This document shows, one piece after another, positions 62,033 to 64,000 of a stretch of DNA of 64,000 nucleotides. A program made the position numbers and the translations under genes. This DNA is from Leucoraja ocellata. Lineage: Eukaryota. Each line of letters begins with the position of its first letter. The stretch's first letter is position 1. The stretch lies in NCBI GenBank assembly GCA_036785375.1, contig JAWMAR010000478.1, positions 248,001 to 312,000 on the forward strand, given 5' to 3'. The notes beneath the pieces are model-generated. The model had not been told where the DNA came from. It worked only from the letters and a program-made list of their open reading frames with translations, and ran no database searches.

Positions 62033-64000
62033 ATGACCAAGTTCTTTCCCGTTATAGAGAGTGCGCGTTGCTTCCACAGCTCCAGTTTCTTCCCAACCTT
62101 GGCTATCACTCCAGCATAATCTTGTCACATGCCTCAGCCCCCTCGAACCAGATCCCCAGCACCTTCAGGCTTGATGGTGAAGGGGACGGAAGATCGGTCG
62201 GGCCAGTTGCCAAAGAGCAAGGCCTCGCTCTCCCTGCGGTTCACCCTGGCTCCCGTGGCCGACTCAAACTGGTCGCAGATGCTGATCAATCTGCGGACCG
62301 ACCTTGGATCCGAGCAGAAGATGGCGACATCGTCCATGTACAGGGAGGTTTTGACCCGAGTGCCCCCACTGCCTGGCAATGTCACTCCTCTTATGCTCGC
62401 ATCCTGCCTGATGGACTCGGCAAAACCTTCAATACAACAGACGAACAAGACAGGGGAGAGAGGGCAACCTTGCCTGACTCCAGACCTGACGGGGAAACTG
62501 TCTGATTCCCACCCATTGATTTGGACTGCACTACAGATATCGGTGTAGAGCAGTTAGATCCAATTCCTGATTCTCTTCCCAAAGCCCATTTTGGAGAGCA
62601 CGTCCCTCATGTGCATGTGCGATGTCCTGTCGAAGGCCTTCTCCTGGTCCAAGCTGACTAGGCAGGCATCCACCTGTCTGTCCTGCATGTAGGCGATGGT
62701 ATCTCTCAGCAGCGCCAGGCTGTCTGAGATTTTCCTGCCAGGTACAGCATAGGTTTGGTCCGGGTGGATCACCCATCCCAGGGCAGTCTTGACCCGGTTG
62801 GCGATGGCCTTAGACAGGATCTTGTAATCAACATTCAATAATGTGATGGGTCTCCAATTCCTTATATCATTCATCTCCTCCTTCTGCTGTAGATTAGGGT
62901 GATGCTGCCCTTCCTCATAGAGTCTGACATGCTGCCGGCTAGAAGCATGTGGTTGTACACTTCCAGCAGATCAGGGCCCACCCAGTCCTACAGAGCCCAA
63001 TACAACTCGGCCGGTAAGCCATCGCTTCTGGGAGTTTTATTAGAGTCAATGGAATGGATGGATCCAGTCAGCTCCTCTATGGTCAGTGGTTGGTCCAGAC
63101 TCTCCCGCTTGCTGTCCTCCAAGACCTCCGTGATGGAGGACTGGAAGTTCTGGGAGGCGGTGCTGACTGTGGCCTTTCTGTCGCACAAATCCGTGTAAAA
63201 GGATGTGCAGACCCTCAGCATGTCCGTCTGTGAGGATGTTACCGAGCCGTCCTCCTCCCTAAGGCTGTTGATCACAGAGCTCCCCCTGTGAACCTTACGG
63301 AAGAAGAAACGTGAGCACGTCTCATCCTGCTCCACGTGACGGACCCTGGATCAGAAGATGATCTTGGAGGATTCGCAGGTAAAGAGCCGAGTTTGGCGAT
63401 CCTTCAACGCTCTAAGTTCCTCCCTCACACCCCCCCCCTCGACTGCAGAAGGAGCAGTTGCTACAAATCTGTCTGGAGTTGACACAATTCCCTCTGACTC
63501 TGTCTAGAATATAGAATACATTTATTGTCATTACACAATACTGTGCAACAAAATCCATTGCATCTCCTTCAGTTTAAAAAGAACAAAACACAACAGCCAT
63601 TGACTCACATATACACAAACCAGTAAATAAATATGTATTAAACATATTTTAAAGGTTATTTTGCATTATCTTGCACCACGAATTATATTGTGCTTCCCCC
63701 AGTGTTCTCTGTTAGAGTTAAGTTATTTTATCACACATGGGTAGAAACTATTTTTTAGTCTACAGAGACCTGTATCGCCTCCCAGAGGGTAGCAGAGTGA
63801 AAAGGTGATTGGCAGAGTGCGATGTGCCCTGTTTGATGTTTGTGGCCTGGCGCAAGCATCGGGCCCTGTATATGTCATCCAGGGAGGGTAGTTGAGTGTT
63901 TGTAATGCTCTGTGCAGTTTTTATAACTCTCTGCAGCGCCCTCCTCTCAGCCACAGTGCAGCTAGCAAACCACACCAGGATGCCATAGGAGAGGATACTT

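Larger units (their letters stand above)
59870..63505 (-). mobile_element. Tx1-clade LINE ORF2 fragment, interrupted by the MITE and an L1 fragment
   Basis: WRPITLLNVDYK, LDQEKAFD, YMDD and CPWDGC..H..C motifs. Confidence 0.88.

Overview
Repeat-dense vertebrate genomic DNA, very likely an elasmobranch (skate/ray), inferred from HE1/V-SINE-type SINEs, abundant CR1 LINEs with (TTTCTATG)n tails and Penelope remnants. Most of the window is transposable elements: CR1, L1, Tx1, Rex/Babar, RTE, Penelope, a MITE, and an 11.8-kb hAT element carrying a nested Hero-type RLE retrotransposon and a CR1 stack. Three other things sit among the repeats. (1) A Siglec-like gene on + (signal peptide, V-set with the essential Arg, C2, dead C2, C2, two cytoplasmic exons with tandem ITIMs) in which I find no transmembrane exon. 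An inverted paralogous 3' half on - has the TM and ITIM exons but no Ig exons. (2) Decayed PRDM9-like pieces: a post-SET plus array zinc-finger exon, then a CpG-island first exon and an ancestral-KRAB exon, with no SET exons. (3) The Hero-type element has a 49-nt terminal direct repeat made of its own 3' end, and complementary 5' and 3' UTR segments. There is one assembly gap (48993-49121). All calls are by eye, with no database searches.
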